Shown here in pieces: positions 22,001-34,000 of a DNA stretch of 45,772 nt; positions within the stretch are counted from its first letter, which is position 1; each line of letters begins with the position of its first letter. The translations under genes and the position numbers were made by a program. The DNA is from Chrysochromulina tobinii (Eukaryota): contig JWZX01003354.1 in the NCBI GenBank assembly GCA_001275005.1, positions 1 to 45,772 of the forward strand. Reading direction: 5' to 3'. Under the pieces are notes generated by a model. The model saw only the letters and a list, made by a program, of their open reading frames with translations. It made no database searches and was not told where the DNA came from.

Positions 22001-25000
22001 ATCCTCACCCACGGGACGGACCGCGCGCACGCCATCGAGCAGCTCGTGTGCAAACTTGGCTTCCAAATTTGGGACCCACTCGTCTCCAATGAGGCTCAGG
22101 CGGAGCGTGAGCTCCATCGCCCTCAAGTCCTGCTCGTGCAGATGACCCAGTAGCTCGCCGGATGCATACGCCAGCCCGCCGCCGGCCTCGAGCGTAATCG
22201 TAGGCGCCATCAGACCCGTTGAGTTCGAGGCAAGAGCGAGCGGCGGCACGACGATGGTGAGCGTCTCGGGAACCGTGATGCCGTAATTGGCGCGCGCCGG
22301 GAACTCGATGCGAAGCGTACGGGCGTCACGCCGGAAGAGGTGGTGCGGCCGCAGTGCGGGCTGCATGCGCACATTCCAGCCGTCGGGCTCGTTCTGCGCG
22401 GACAGCAGCGCGTCCAAAAAGTGGGACGTGGCCTCGCCGACCTCCGAGCCCAACTCGGCGCTCCACTCATCATCCGTGAGCCTCACCGTCAATGCCATCG
22501 GCTCAGACAGCAGCTGGTTGCGCTCCATCGACCATTGGGTCGAACGGCCCGAGCGCACCGCGCGCTCACTCCGGTCGTACTCGACGAAGCCGGAGTAGTT
22601 GGCCTGCCCTGGCACGGCGGTGATGACCAATAAGGGGCTCGCCTCCACCGCGCGGTCCGAGAGCAGCGCCGAGGCGGGCACACGCATGGTGAGAGTCTCG
22701 GCCGTGTAGATGTCGTACTCGTGGAAGGGCGGCAGCGTGATGCGGACTCGCTGCTGATCGAGCTGCACGAGCTCGGAGCCATCGAGATGCGGGAGAACGG
22801 CGAGATCCCAACCTCGGAGCTCGAGATTGGACGAGGTGATGCTACGCAGCACGGCCCGGCGCGCGCTCGCTTCCAAATTTGGACGCCACTTGGAGCCGTC
22901 GAGCGTCACGTCCAGGATGAGCCCACCCGCCCGCACGCCGCTCTCGTTCGCACCCACGAAGGTGCCCGAGCAGATCGCATTTCCCGGGATCGGGTGCACA
23001 TCGAAGGCGGGCCGAGCGAGTGTCGACCGGTTGGACGTGAGAGCGAAGCCATTGACGGTCACACGAATCGTCTCGGCGGTGATGATGTCGTACTCAGCAA
23101 AGGGCGGCACTGTCAGCCGAAGCCGGCGATTGTCGACGAGCGTGAGGCCCGAGCACGGCAGATCGCGGAGCACGCTCGCCCAGCCCCGCTCTTGCTGCCT
23201 CTCGCACCGAAGGGTGCCTGATGGCGGCGGTGGAGGCGCCTGGGGGTTTGGCCAGGGCGGGAGGTACCAGCACCACTCCGAGTCAAGCGGTGCGACCTCG
23301 AGAGAGAGAACCGCCTGCAGACCGTTCACGCACATGGCGGCCGTCTGATTATTGAAGGTGTCGTGATGCAGCAGCACGTCGATGGTCGTACTCCGGCTCA
23401 TGACGTCGGTCTCGGAGAGGCTTTGGAGGACCGAGCCTCCAAGCTCAGCAGTGCCGCGCGCGGCGAGCACCACAAACGAGGCGGCGTTGGGGATGCCCGT
23501 GGCCGCACCGCGCATCGCAGCTGCTGGCAGGCTCAGCGTGATCGTCTCGGGCGCGACGATGTCGTACTCGGGCACTTGAGGCATCGTGATCACGACGTGG
23601 CCGGGGTCGAGATACCGCACTGCCGACGGCGTGAGCTTGGGCCGAATGGCCTTCATCCAGCCGGTCGGCGAGTTCTGCTCACTAGTCAGTCCGTTGAGGA
23701 GCTGCATGCTCGGCCCATTGGGATCGAACTCACGACCCAAGGCCTGCACGAAGGTGTCGGAGACGAGCAGCACGTCCAGCCGCGGCTCCAGGCCCACACG
23801 GATGGCCACCTCGGAGCTCGTGTTTGCATAGGCGAGGGCAAAGTCGCCGGCGATGTCCACCGCACTCGGCACTGGATGCAAGATGAGCTGATGGGCCGCG
23901 GCGATGGGCATTTGGGACGTGAGAGCCGCGGCGGGCAATGTCATGCGCACGGTCTCTGGCGCGTCAATGTTGAACTCGTAAAACTCGCGGATGGTGATGG
24001 TGACCAGCGTGTCCGAGATCCGTTCGACGTTGGTGTGGTCGAGGGAAGGGCGGATCACATTGTTGAAGCCAGTCAAGCCATCCGAAGTGGATTGAAGGCC
24101 TGCAACCAGCGCTGACGTCGCACCTAGTCTAAAGTCGCGATCACCCAACTCCGCCACGAAGGTGTCACCCGCGAGAGTGATGTCAAACACGATGGGCTTC
24201 TGAGAGGCAAGCCAGCGCTCATCGACGCCCGTTGAGATCGCCTCGCCAGTCAAGGTGGCGCTGCCTGGCGTTGGGTTGAGGCGCACCGTGGGCCGCGCGA
24301 CCAACGGCTGATCGTATAAGATCGTCCACAGCCGCCGATTCCGGGTGGGGTCGCCGCCAGGCAGCACGACGGTGATGGTCTCCGGACGCGTCACGGAGTA
24401 CGCGGGGGCGGGCGGGATGGGTGATGGTGACAGTGCGCCGATCGGAGCTCATGCTCACCTCGGGCGCACCCAAGCGGGGCTTGATCACGTTGTTGAAGCC
24501 GAAGGGCTCATTCTGAGCGCTTCGAATGCCAGCAAGCAGGGCCGAGGTTGGGCCGTTGCCACCATCCTCAACTTGCGTGTATTGGCCCCAATCGGCGCCA
24601 AAGAGGGTGATGGTGAGCGTGGAGACGCTGGTGCGTAACGAGGCCTCGCTGTTGCCTCCCCCGTAGAGCAGCGTGCCTCCAAGGACGGCCGAGGCCCCGG
24701 ATGGCCGCACCACAAGCAACGGGCTCGCAAGAACGGACGTCAGCCCGTACTGTAAGGCGATGGCGGGCACGGTCAGCTGGACTTCCTCGTCGGCCACGAG
24801 GCGAAGGTCGGCCGCCTGACGCACCGAGATGTTCAGTAAGGTGGGCGTGAGCACCACGAGATCGTGAACCACGAAGCTTGGCGCGACGGTGGCTGACCAG
24901 CCGAAAAGCTCCCGATCCAGCACCGCTCGGAGTCCCGCAAGCATCGCCGCGCTCGCTTGCACGCCCGCGGCAGTGAAGGCACCAAGCTCGGGGGCCCAGA

Positions 25001-28000
25001 CTGTCCCCGAGAGCGACACTGCGAGTGTGAACGCGCTCGAATCTTGGAGCGTCGTCTCGGCGATGCTCATGGCGTCGTTACCGTACGAAGACAGCGTCGC
25101 CCGGGGCGTGGCCGGGTAGATGACAAACGGCAGCTGGAAGTCGATCCCTCGGCGCGAGCGAACAGCTATGGAGGGCACGCGGACCGTGATCGTCTCGGGG
25201 GCGCTGATGTCGTACGTCAACGCTGGCTCGAGTGCAATCGAGAGGATGGTGTCGGACACCCGCGTGATGTTGGCGCTCGCCACTGACGCGAGCAGCCGAG
25301 GAGCGAGGACCGCATTCCAGCCGCCCACTTCGTACTGCAGCGAGCGGATACCCTGTAGTAGTGCCGTTAGCACCTCAACGCTCAGCGGATCGACCCAAGA
25401 CTCGTCCGTGAGCCGCAGCTCGAGGGTGAGAGACTCTCCCACTTGGACACTCGCGTCATTACCGGAGGTCATCAGACTGCCTGCACAACGGCCCACACCA
25501 GCCATGGGCAGAATGACTATCGTCTCGGGCGCTGTTATGGCCTTTGCAGCCCTCGTCGCGGCCGGCGGCACCGTGAGCGAGATCGTCTCGGGCGAGGCGA
25601 TGTCGTAGCCGGCCATCTGCGGAATCGTCAACTCGACGGTCGTGTCATCGAGCCGTGCAAGCTCCGCGCTCGTCAGCAGAGGCCGTACCGCCGCATTCCA
25701 GCCGCGGGCCTCTTGCTGTGCCGAGCTCAAGCCTTGGAGCAGCGCCGTGCTCGCCGGACCGTCGAGCCCCACCTCGGGCAGCCACGTGCCGCCGGTCAGC
25801 TTCATCGTGAGCGTGTACGACTCGAGCGAGCGCAGATCCGCCTCGTCGGCGCCATCAAGCAGCGCACCCGAGAGCGCGACCGTGCCCGGCGGCACGCCGA
25901 CGACGAACCGGCCGACGACGAGCGGCTGCGCAGACCGTACCGCGTCGGCCGGGAGGCGCAGCGTGATGGTCTCCGGGGCGGTTGGATTGTACGCGCTGAA
26001 GCTGCCCGCTGGCCAGTGAATCGTGAGCGTTTCATTCACGGCTCGGACCGATGGCAGCACATCCCCCGCAATCTGATACCATCCGTTGGGCTGCTGCTTG
26101 TCGCAGAAGAAGCTGGTGATGATCATCGACGGCGTGATCACCTCCGTGACCCACGTGTCAGTGACGAGCGTCAGGCCAGTCGCGTCGTCTACCTGGCGCA
26201 GGTGGATCGTGAGGTTGAAGCCGATGGAGTCACGCAGGTCCGAGGCGGCAAGGTTGTTGGGGCCACGCAAGCCCGCGGATGGGACGGCAAGCACATGGCT
26301 GGGGCTCCATTCCTCAGGCCGAGCAAAGATACGTGGGAGACCGTCCTCTTGGACTTGGAGCGCTGGGGCTGGGGGCTCAACGAGCAGCAACGGGTGGACG
26401 CGTAGCGAGCCGATGCTTTCCACTTCTTGTTGCAGCGACTCGAGAGAGACATTCGAAGGGTACCCCGAAGTGAGCAGTGAGACGTTGACATGCGAGAAGT
26501 CGAGCAGTCGCGCTGGGATGTCAAAGACGATCGTCTCGCGTGCTCTGATCGAGTACGTCGCGCTGGTCGGAATGGCCACTGTCGCTGCGTTCTCGGAGAT
26601 GGCGACGACGGAAGAATGTGTCAACAACGGCCGAATGCGGGCATTGAACCCAAGGGCCTCATTCTGTGGAGAGTGCAACCCCTGTGCCAGCTCAAGCAAC
26701 GCCTGGTTGTCCGTCAGATTGAACGTCAGATTGCAGCAGAGGAGGAGTTGGAGCACGGGGTACGCTCCGACGGTGCTCGGGAGGCGCCGCATCAGAGTGG
26801 GAGTCATCTCGTCGAAGAAGGAGCCCCGCATGCTTGCGAGGGAGGTGCCAAGAGCGGGCTGCAGTGGGGGCAGCGCCGTCATGTAGTTTTGCTCCGAGGC
26901 GGTGACGGGGTAGTAGCCCGGGTCGGAGGCGTTGAGGTTGAGCACAACCGTCTCCGGCACCTCAAGACGATAAGCGGGCGACGCGGGTACCCGAAGCCGC
27001 ACGGCACTCTCATTGAGACGGAGCAGGTGGCGCGGTGCAAGGCGCGGACGCACCGCAGCGGCCCAGCCTTGTAGTTGTACAAAGCCGTTGGGCGACTGCT
27101 CGTCGAGTGACTGGAGCGCGCTGAGGAAGCTCTGCGTGGCGGCGGAGCCCTCCAAGCCCAGCGACGGCACAAAGACGTCGTCTTCGAGTGTAAAGATCAC
27201 ATCGAGCGCCATCTGCGGCGAGCTGACGAGCGCGTCCGTCGGCGTGGCGGCGAGCCAGCTACCCGCGACACGCATCGAGCCTGCCTCGGCGCGAATGTGC
27301 AGATCGGGTGCGCGAGACGCCTGGCCGGAGGTGAGAGAACTCGCTGGCAGTACGAGGACGACTGTCTCTGGTGCGAGAAGGTTCAAGGACGGCGCCCCCT
27401 CAAACGCAATGCGGAGCTCGGTGCCACTGTGCACGGAGACGCTACGCCACGTCAGGCTCGGCCGAATCAGCGCGTTGAACCCTAGCGGCTCGTCTTGCAG
27501 TGAGCGGACGGCCCGGACCAGAGACTGCGTACTCGCAAAGTCCGTCCCAAGGGCATTTGACCACGTGTCGTCCGAGAGCACGAGATGGAGTGTGAAATTG
27601 CTACGCACGTCGGTCTCCGCGAGATCTCGTACTGATCTCATGACCCCACCGGGGAGCGACACGAAGCTCGTTGGCGCCGATGGCGTCGTGCGGATGACGA
27701 GGGGCGGCGTGGCCACGACGGCGACCGCTAGATCGCGCTGCGACTGCAGCACCGAGCCGGGCAGCTCCACCATCAACGTCTCGGGCGCCGTGAGCATGTA
27801 GGTCGGGTGCGGTGGCAGCGTGATCTCGACGACATTACGCTCGAGCCGTGCGATTCGCCCAGTCAGCGGGCCCGACAGCAGAGCGGACCGTATGACTGCA
27901 TTCCAGCCAGTTGGCTCATTCTGCTGCGAGCGGATCGAGCCAAGCAAGGCGCGGGCGTCTTCATCGGTCAGCCCGCCGGCCGCCCCACCGCTTCCCGCAC

Positions 28001-31000
28001 GGAACCGATCGCCGATCAAGCGCAGCCGAAGTGTGAGCGACAAGGTGCGAAGGGAACCGACGCTCCCCGCGGCCAGCAAGGTGCCTTCGAGTATGCAGTT
28101 GCCCGGCGTCGGCATAATGACGAACCCGCTCGTCGCGTTCATGGTCTGATTCGTCAACACCGCCGCACCTGGCACAGTGAGCGTGATACTCTCCGGGACC
28201 TCGATCTCGTACCCAGACAGAAATGGTACTTGGACGTGCACGTCGGTGTCATTCACACGCGTGACCAAGTTGGAGCTGGTGGCGAGGAAGGCGAGCGTCT
28301 CCCTAGCTATGAACGTCCACGACGAAGCTTCGATCGAAGTGGAGGTGAAGCCTCGCACGAGCTCGGCGTTGATCGGGTGCCCAAACAATCCTACCTCGGG
28401 TGCCCACGTATCGCCCTCGATGCTCAGGGCGATGGTCGTGCTCAGACTGAGAGTTTGCAGATCCGTCTCGTGTGAGAGTGCCGTCGCCATGGTCACCCTC
28501 CCCACATCGGGATACAGGATGATCGGGTGCACATCCACTGGCGCCCAGCGCGCCCATTCGGGCATGCTCAAGGCGCTCGAGATGTTGATCTCCGCCTCCG
28601 AGCGCAGCGTCACTGCAGGCAACGTGATCCGGACGGTCTCGGGCTTGAGGATCGAGTAGTTGGGGCTGATCGGCAGCGTGACCACCACCAGCGTGTCACT
28701 GCGCCGCTCCACGTTGTCCGCGGTGAGCGCAGGGAGCACAACATTGTTCCAACCCCACGGCTCATTCTGGGCCGAACGGAGGCTCTCGAGGAGCGCCGTC
28801 GTGGGCGCGCCTGGCGCGCCGACGCTCGGGGCCCACGCGTCTCCAAGGAGGGTGAACTCGAGCGTGTGGTTGAGCGGCGCACCCGAGCCCACCTGCGCGA
28901 GTAGATTGGGCGTCCAGCCATCGCTCGCGAGGTACGTGGCTGCTGGCGATCGCAGCTTGGCCTCGTAGTTGTTCCGCTCGACGACGCCTGTGGGGATTTC
29001 CTCGACGTGCATCTCCCACACACTGCGCAGCCGCACGCGCGTCGACACATTCGAGACGAACGCGGCGCCCAGCAGGCGCATCGTCACATTCTCGAGCGGC
29101 GCGATGTAAAAGTCGCGAGGCACCGGCAGCCGGTAGACGAGACTCGTGTTCGTGCTCAGCGCATCGACTTTGTACGAGACGTTGAACGCACCCGTCGGCC
29201 CGAGCAACGTGGTGTTCAGCAAGCCTGGCATGTGGCGTGCCACTTGATCGAAGATCAGGTCGCCCGCGTGGGTGCCGGGGATGCCGCACTCGGCACGCCA
29301 CACGGCGCGCGGGCTGTACGCTTCGAAGACGACCAAGTAGGCATCGCTCACGTTGATGAGCGGCCCAACGGTCGCTGCGAACAGGAGCGTCCCACCGAGC
29401 CGCGCTTGGCCGCTCAGTGCACGCACGACGAGTGCACTCGCCGCGTGTATCGTCTGGCGGGAGAGGACGGCCAGTGGCGGCACCTCAACATGCAGCACCT
29501 CCGGCGCGGTGATCTCGTAGCTCTCAGCCCGCGGGAGCTGCAATCGCAGCGTCTGGTTGTTCAAAACGGCCGCCTCCGTGATCAGATGGCTCACGACAGC
29601 GTTCCAGCCGTTGGGCTCGTCCCCGTAGGCGTATAGGCGCACGCGGGCCTCGGGCTCCATGTAGCACGTCCCCGTCGACCTCTGTGTGGTGACCGTGCAG
29701 CCGAACCCATGGAGGAGAGTGAGTGGCGTCCAGTAATCGTCCTCGAGCACCACGTCCACGTATTGACCGATTTGGCCGTTGGGTCGAGTGGCTCCACTGA
29801 CGGTGTTGCGGATGTAGTCTTCGGAAGGCGTCGTAGCGAGGCCGCCAACAAGCGTCGCGTTCCCAGGCGTCGCATTCACGACGACGAACCCACTCACGGG
29901 AGAGGTGAGCAGAGTGCTCACCGCTGCCGCTGGCAGGGTCAGCCGTACAGTCTCGGGAGCCAGAATGGAGAAGCCGTTGGCAGGCGGCACCGTCACCGTC
30001 AGCACACTGTCGCCAGCGCTGCCCACGCTCCCGGCTTGCATCGCCGCGCGTAGGACAAAGTCAAAGCCGGACAGAGGACGCGCGACAAAGTCGACGTGGT
30101 TCGGATCGGTCGACTCGACTGCGTCCAGGCTTTGGACCAGCTGAAGCCGGCCGTCGCCGTAGTTGAACAGTCGTGGGGCTACTCGAGCGTCATCCAGCTC
30201 GATGCGCAGCTCGTGCGACTCGCCCGTAACGATGGCCCGCTCGTCGAGCGCGCCGGACAGGGCAGCTCGGCCAACGGTCGGACGGATGACAAAAAATGAG
30301 AAGTATTGCAGCGCCACGGAGCTCAACACGGGCGGCGCAGAGATCATCAGACGGATCGTCTCGGGAGCCGTGATGTTGTAGTCCGGGTATGAGTCCAGCA
30401 CAAGCGTGAGCGCCCTGCGGTTCCCGTCCACGTTGCCATCCACCTCGTCCGACTCGAGTCGGAGATTGACATCTGGACGCAGGCGTGGCGCCACGACGGC
30501 GTTCCAGCCGAGCGGCTCGTTCTGCATAGAAGCGAGGTCTTGCAGGAAGCGGGTGCGCCCCACATACGTGGGGACCTGTAGCCCCGTGTTCCAAAAGCGG
30601 CCCTGGTTCATGCCCAGAGTGAACCTGACCTGCTTGGTATCTCCCGGGAGATTTGGCCGGCGCAGGATCTCCTCGTCCAGCATGGCGGTGGACGTGGTCG
30701 CTGTCGTAGCTGTCTGCGTCACCACCACATCCGCGGAGGTGGCGCGGATGATGAAGCGGCCAGCAGCGTAGTAGTCGCGACGGGAACTGGTGGCCGAGGC
30801 CGGGATGGAGACGCTGATCGTCTCGTCCGTCTGCAGGACATACGAGGGCGTGGGTGGTATGGTGATGACCACCGTGCGAGCGTCGATGCGTTGCACGGCG
30901 TCCGCGCTTGCGCCGTCGCTGGACGGGCTGATCAGAGCGTAGAGCGCCGACTCCCACGTGACGAGCGTGGTGGGAGGCAGCAGCGGCGCGCGGTAGACGG

Positions 31001-34000
31001 AGAAGAGATGGTTGACGAGATCCTGGAAGCCCGTCGAGTTGCCGCTCCCAAGGTCGTCAGCCCACGTGTCATCGGTGAGGACGAGCCTTATTTGGGTGGT
31101 GAGATCCCGTATGACCGCATCGTTGACGGACAGGCCGTCCGCCGTCGCGTAGCCCACAGCAGCCCCATCGCTCATGATTTGAATGCCCAAAGTGCCTCGA
31201 TCTGCCCGTATCACGAGGGGAGATTGCGGCGTTATCGGACGGCGCGAGAGAAGCGCCGTCCCGGGCAGCGCCACCACGACCGTCTCAGGGACCTCAATCG
31301 CATACCGAGGCCGCTTGGGGATGCGGATGGAGATGCGCGTGGGCGACAGAAGACGCACGCTCGAGGGGACGAGAGGCCCTCCATGCGCGGCAGCAGCGTC
31401 TCGCACTTCGGGCACGAAGCCAAACGAGGTACGCCCCCCCGAGGCCGTCAGGCTGGCGAGGAGCTCGGCGGCGAGCGCCGAGTCGGTCGCAAGCGTCGGT
31501 TCGAATTCATCGCCTGCGAGCGTCACGACAATCTCGCTCTCGGCCATGTTCACGACACGCTCCTCGTTGGCCGTCAGCAGGCTGCCCGAGAGCGTCGCCA
31601 TGCCTGGATCGGCGAGGAGCTCGAAGGAGCCGGCGACGACAGGTTGCCGACCAAATAGGGCGCCGCCGGGGATGGTCACCGCCACCACCTCGGGCGTCAA
31701 GATCCTAAAGCCGGGTAGTGGGGGCACGCGGATCTCGAGCACCGTCGCGCTCAAGCGCGTCACGCTGGTCTGCGCATCGACCGTGGCCAAGCGGCCATTC
31801 CAGCTGTTTGGAAACGCGGCGGCCGCCTTCAGGCCTCTGAGACCATCAAGCACACCGCGGCTGATGGCCACACGCACCGGATCGTCGAGCGAATTGTCGA
31901 ATGCAGTCACAAACCCGTTGCCATCTTGATAGATGCCGTTGAGGACGGCGCCGCTGAGCTCAATGCGCAGCACGTGCTCGCTGGCCACCACCGCAGCCTC
32001 CGTGGAGCCGAGAGCGAGATCTCCGGCCAACGAGGCGATCCCCTCGTATGGGTAGAGCACTAGATCGGGCGTCGCGACGAAGCTGGTGCGTGAGACGGTC
32101 GCCACGGCAGGCACCGTGAGCCGGATGGACTCGGGGAGCTCGATTTCGTAATCAGAGAATTGCGGCACGTGCACGATGAGCTTGCGATTGCTGATGAGCT
32201 GCATGTCGGGGAAGCGTAGCCGCGCACGGATGATGGCGTTCCAGCCGCCGGGCTCGTCTTGCAGCGAAGAGAGGCCCGCAAGTAGCGCGGAGGACGCGGC
32301 GGAGTCGGCGCCAACGTCGAGGCGGAACGCATCCTTGATGAGGGAGATCTCAAGAGGTACTGAATCCGAGCGCACCACCTCCAATGCCGGCTCCACCGCG
32401 ACAGGTTGGTCCGAGGCCACGAGCTCCGGAGAGAGCCGTATGACTAGCGTCTCGGAAGGGCTGGTGAGCCGATACGCTGGCAGGGCCGGCACGCTCAGCA
32501 CCATCGACTGGCTGTCGAGGCGTCTCAGCATCGAGTGGGTCAGCGCGGGGCGCACGACCGCCTCCCAGCCGGTGGGCTCGATCTCGGCGCTCGAGATGGA
32601 CCTAATACTGGCGAGCAGCGCGCTTGCGAGCATCGGCACACTGGTTGGATCTTCGAGAGATGGCACCCACGAATCGCGAGTGAGAGTGATGACGAGCGTG
32701 GTCGGCGAGACACGGATCGTTCGATCTTGACGGTCTTCGGTGAGGGTGCCCATCAAGATGCCCACACCAGCCGTGGAAGACACGACCAACCGCTGGCCCG
32801 CAGCGAGCTCATGGCCGGCGTGCGTCGCGGCCGGCGGCACCGTGAGCGAGATCGTCTCGGGCGAGGCGATGTCGTAGCCGGCCATCTGCGGAATCGTCAA
32901 CTCGACGGTCGTGTCATCGAGCCGTGCAAGCTCCGCGCTCGTCAGCAGAGGCCGTACCGCCGCATTCCAGCCGCGGGCCTCTTGCTGTGCCGAGCTCAAG
33001 CCTTGGAGCAGCGCCGTGCTCGCCGGACCGTCGAGCCCCACCTCGGGCAGCCACGTGCCGCCGGTCAGCTTCATCGTGAGCGTGTACGACTCGAGCGAGC
33101 GCAGATCCGCCTCGTCGGCGCCATCAAGCAGCGCACCCGAGAGCGCGACTGTGCCCGGCGGCACGCCGACGACGAACCGGCCGACGACGAGCGGCTGCGC
33201 AGACCGTACCGCGTCGGCCGGGAGTCGTAGCTCAATTGTTTCGGGTGCTCGCGGGTTATACTGCTGCAAGGCGCCGAACGGCCACTCGATGACAAGCGTC
33301 TGATTGCTGTCCAAATGCATCTGGACGTTGGTCAGCACCGATTCGGACGCATGGAGCAGCCGATTCCACGAGTGCGGCCCAGCGTCCCTGCTCGCTCGCT
33401 GTGCCGCCACCAGGGTCCAGGCAATACGATGCGTCCACCAATTGACCTGAGAGCTGCCGCCTCGCTCTGCAACGAGCTCATCTTGCAGCGCATCCGACCA
33501 GCGTTCGCCGTTCGTGAGGGTGAAGTTCACACGGAGGCGCGCGGCCGCTTGCAGTACGGCCGCGGGTGGGCCAGCGCCCGAAGCCTCGAAAGGAACGCAA
33601 ACGCCCATCATGCATGCCTCTGCCGACCCCGCTTCGGCGCTCAGCAGGATGGCAGGCGCGTGCAGCCAGGGCAGCACGTGCTCGCCGTTGACGAAGCTGG
33701 TGCATGGGCACTCGTCGCACAAGAGCGCATTGCAGTACGACGACGACGGCGCTGACACGTGCACGTACTCGGGTATCGAGGGGTCATACGCGGCGAGGGA
33801 AGGCAACGTGAGGATGAGAGTGTGGTTGTCGATCTGTTGGATCGTCATGTCGTCACGCGGCCCCTCCCTGATCGTTCGAATCAGGCGATTGAAGCCTCGA
33901 CCCTCGGCTTCGCCAGCACGAGTCGCATGCACTTGCCTGTGGAACTCCAGCCTTGCCATTTGCCTCAGAAATGGGTCGTTGTAGTACTCGAACGCCCAAA

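Noticed and set aside
7580..24430. Programmed ribosomal frameshifting at the two frameshift sites
   Set aside because: No recognisable slippery or shift-prone motif shared by the two sites. Error or mutation is the simpler explanation.
25554..33224. 402-bp direct repeats 7.3 kb apart as possible LTRs
   Set aside because: No TG...CA ends, primer-binding site, gag/pol or target-site duplication seen. Both copies and the interior are in-frame repeat units of the host gene.
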